A DNA stretch of 52,222 nucleotides, counting the filler, from Catajapyx aquilonaris (lineage: Eukaryota): assembly GCA_000934665.2 (NCBI GenBank). It is 2 parts of 2 records of this genome, joined end to end, with 100 filler letters (N's around TTAATTAATTAA, not from the genome) between each part and the next. Parts side by side here need not be neighbours in the genome. Positions count along the whole stretch, not along the records: positions 26,068 to 52,222 come from JYFJ02005279.1; 1 more part is not named here. One strand, 5' to 3'. Below, piece by piece: positions 49,200-52,222 of the stretch (its first letter is position 1; each line of letters starts with the position of its first letter). The notes under the pieces are model-generated. The model had not been told where the DNA came from, ran no database searches, and saw only the letters and a list, made by a program, of their open reading frames with translations. Both the position numbers and the translations under genes were made by a program.

Positions 49200-51063
49200 A
49201 TGGAAGGGAGGGCGAATATAACGTTACCAAATTTTGTGAAGCAGCAGTACGACTACATTTTCCACTATGACCTCGGTATGTATTGAAAGCATTTACGTGA
49301 GAGAAAACTTTAAAAAGGGAATAGAAATCGGGGTACTAATTTCGCAACTGTCCACTTTCAGATAAAAGGATAATAGACTGGCCTCTCATGTCTTCGCCAT
49401 ATCCACCCTTCCTCATATCTTTCGTGTATGTAATATTCTGCCTCTGGATAGGACCGCAATATATGCTGTACAGAAAACCATTCCGGTTGAAAAAGATTCT
49501 TCTGGTGTACAATGCTTTCCAAGTAGCGTTTAGCACATGGATTTTTACTATGGTAAGTTTGCAAAATGATTTTTTTGTGATATTTTACGTTTTCTTAAAA
49601 GTATATGCTTACACTGTTGTTGTTTTCTAGGGAATTCGTGGCGGCTGGTTTACTGGATACAGCTTTAGTTGTCAACCGCTGGATAAATCTAACAGTCCCC
49701 AGGCAGTTATGGTAATAATATACGAGCATTTTGTGATCAATCTGCAATATAAGTAGAAGTGGGGTAAGTGCATACACGGGGTAAGTGCATACACGGGGCC
49801 GCCATATTGGAATGAAAATGGCTGACGACACCAAAACATGTCAGGCACACTTTTGTGTAGCTGCACATCACATCCCCACAAGAGGTGAGCATGTCAGCCA
49901 TTTTCATTCCAATATGGCGGCCAGTTTATGCACTTACCCCGTGTATGCACTTACCCCACTTCACCTTATTGCAAGATCAGGCTGACCCACATTTTGTGTA
50001 AGCAAGGAAATTACCTCTAAAGTTAAATAGATGGAAAAACACATTTACTGCACAAATGCATATGTATTGCTACAAAATTCCTTCATATTTTGGCTCATGT
50101 CTGAAGAATTTGCTGCACATATTGAAGATCATGAATAAGAAAAATTATCAAACGTCTGCTTTTTGGGTCAGCCCATTGTTGAAAAAAACCCCTTCAATAT
50201 GAATTGCCAGTTTTATCAACACAAATTAAGGAGGAAATGTGCTATTTTATGCATGGAAAAACACGTGTATATTATTAGCATTAGGGCCAGGGCCTACCAA
50301 AGAGTTCTCTAATTTTTCTCTAATTCTAGTTCTTTCAATGTAGAAAATTCAAAATTTATTTATAGAAAAATTTTAGGCTGCAAAATGAGTGAATCACATG
50401 AAGTCTAAATTAAAGTCTAATTTTCAGCATTTTAGTAGATACAAGTAGTTATACTAATGTTATAGAACCCATCAGTTGAAAATAACACATAGTACTAAAT
50501 AACTAATGCAATAGATATGACTGACAGTGTTATTAATTCCCATTTTTTTGTTATTTCTTTCTGAACAGATGGTGCATATGGCATGGTGGTACTTCATCTC
50601 CAAATTCGTGGACTTTTTTGACTCAGTGTGTATAGAAATCAAAGTTGTATAGTGTGCATGTGTGTCTCGACCTCAAACATGTTTCCTGCTAACGACGCCA
50701 CGCTTATTCCCCCTCAGGTGGCTTTTGTACTGAGGAAGAAGTATGACCAGTTGACTTTCCTGCACATGGGTCACCACTCCGGGATGCCTTTCGCCTGCTG
50801 GTACGGGATTCGCTTCATGCCCGGTGGGTAATACAGCTCGAGATATGAGTGAACTTGTTTCTGGACAAGTCGGTTGGGTGCTGATATGCTGATATCAAGC
50901 ATAAAATATGTTTTCTTTCGTACCAGGCGGCCATGTGACCTTCATCGCTTTGCTCAACTCCTTGGTTCACACGGTCATGTACACTTACTATTTCCTAGCA
51001 GGCTTGGGACCCTCGGTGCAAAAATACCTGTGGTGGAAAAAGTATCTCACAATCTTTCAAATG
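49200..51063 (+). CDS. ELOVL: Gene C: fatty acid elongase, ELOVL1/7-like, 3'-incomplete in this window
   Basis: Exons 49200-49275, 49362-49552, 49631-49711, 50569-50625, 50718-50823, 50927-51063 in one open frame, all GT-AG. Motifs: SKFVDFFDS, LHMGHH, NSLVHTVMYTYY, KYLWWKKYLTIFQ. Exon 7 was not found before the window end. Confidence 0.93.
49756..49962. mobile_element. ~210-bp hairpin MITE with tandem 17-bp subterminal repeats in intron 3 of gene C
   Basis: GAAGT(GGGGTAAGTGCATACAC)x2 ... GGCCGCCATATTGGAATGAAAATGGCTGAC, with an inverted copy of both parts on the right arm. Confidence 0.85.
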
Positions 51064-52222
51064 GTGAGTTGAAGGGTAAAATAATCGACCTTTTATCCAC
51101 AGGTTGTTTGTTATAACTTTATATATTACCCGATGATTAATTCGTCATGATCATCAAATGCCATAATCAAGCAATTGTCAGCGAAATCATGGCGCGTAAT
51201 CACGTCTCGACTCCGGTTTCCTTATTGAAAATTGTCAGAAGCAATAAGGTGTAATTGCACTCGTGTACAGTGCTTGTCAAAATTGCATCGGAAAAAAACA
51301 TGCGCATTACAACCAGCATCCCTCTAACAAGGTGAAGGTGATTTTCCTCTGTAATTTACATTGTTAGAGTGCTAATTGGTTTAGGCCTATAGAGTCATGA
51401 TGTGGTTTTTCCGAAACTTATTTATGTAGTACACCACACATAATAATGGCTTCTATTCTGAATATAAATATTACACTTATGCGTCAACAGGCTTTCAACT
51501 AATTAAATTAAAATAAATATTTAAATGCAGCGGGCTTGTGTAGCAAGAGTAATAATTTACCACAGTTCAAGGTCCTATATATTATGAAGCTCTTATTTGA
51601 ACTAAACCTTGACCTTGGAAGAAGACAGACTGATGAATCACGTGTAGCAAGGTATACATTAATTATCTAGCAGCTTCTTAATCAAAATTATTCCAAAACA
51701 TCAATGTCTTCTCTTTCTGTTAACCTTGATATATTTTGATAACTAATATGATGATATGCAATATTAGTACGGACATTTTGGATTATCATATAAACCAATT
51801 AGCAGGCGCATTATTTTATAATTTGTTGTACATTATGGCATCTGTGGAGCCCAGAATAATTATGAAAACCTTATTGTGAGATTGTAGACATAGACGTCAG
51901 AATATTGTGAATCTGACAGCCAGGACAGCCATATTTTCTGAATTGATTTTCCCAATAATTTTTTTACAACAATTTATTACAGCTTTTGCCAATTTATCAA
52001 TAAAAATCATGCCTCACATAGACTAAGGATAAGTACAGTAGATTATAATTATATTAAAAAGCACTTACAAGGGAAGTGTCTGTAGTGCCATCGGCCAATC
52101 GGCCCGAAAATGACACTAGGGGGTAAATCGCAGGCCAGAAATTCATTGGTGAAAGTAAAAAGTCGCATTAGCCAAGCGTTTTCGAGATATGGGCGACTAT
52201 AGGTGCCCGGCAAACACGAATA

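Noticed and set aside
49756..49962. Repeated 17-mers resembling a CRISPR or iteron array
   Set aside because: Eukaryotic intron, no spacers, and the repeats are arranged as inverted MITE arms.

Overview
Eukaryotic (arthropod-like metazoan) genomic DNA, not microbial. The window holds three paralogous, intron-containing fatty-acid elongase genes (ELOVL/GNS1-SUR4 family, ELOVL1/7-like 'AAEL008004-type'). Gene A is on the minus strand (CDS 15046..2121, 349 aa), gene B on the plus strand (CDS 29273..34245, 304 aa), and gene C on the plus strand (from 49200, running off the window). All three share the internal exon series 191/81/57/106/137 nt with identical intron phases; A and B also share the 159-nt exon 7. 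The most striking hidden structure is in gene A. It has two homologous 81-nt copies of exon 3 (10008..9928, absent from the ORF track, and 6992..6912), a likely mutually exclusive exon pair that swaps the first luminal loop. The pair is fed by a non-canonical GC 5' splice site. A long-range intronic RNA duplex (about 7636-7677 with 6684-6724) could loop out the second copy. Gene A also has a candidate 75-nt cassette exon in its tail, and its body is strongly CpG-depleted (a gene-body methylation footprint) while the rest of the window is not. Introns and intergenic DNA carry many MITEs and DNA-transposon relics (Kolobok-, Tc1/mariner/pogo- and piggyBac-like), two tiny P-element-like footprints and a V-domain SINE relic. 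An artificial 100-bp gap linker lies between genes A and B. All calls were read by eye from the sequence; no searches or folding programs were run.
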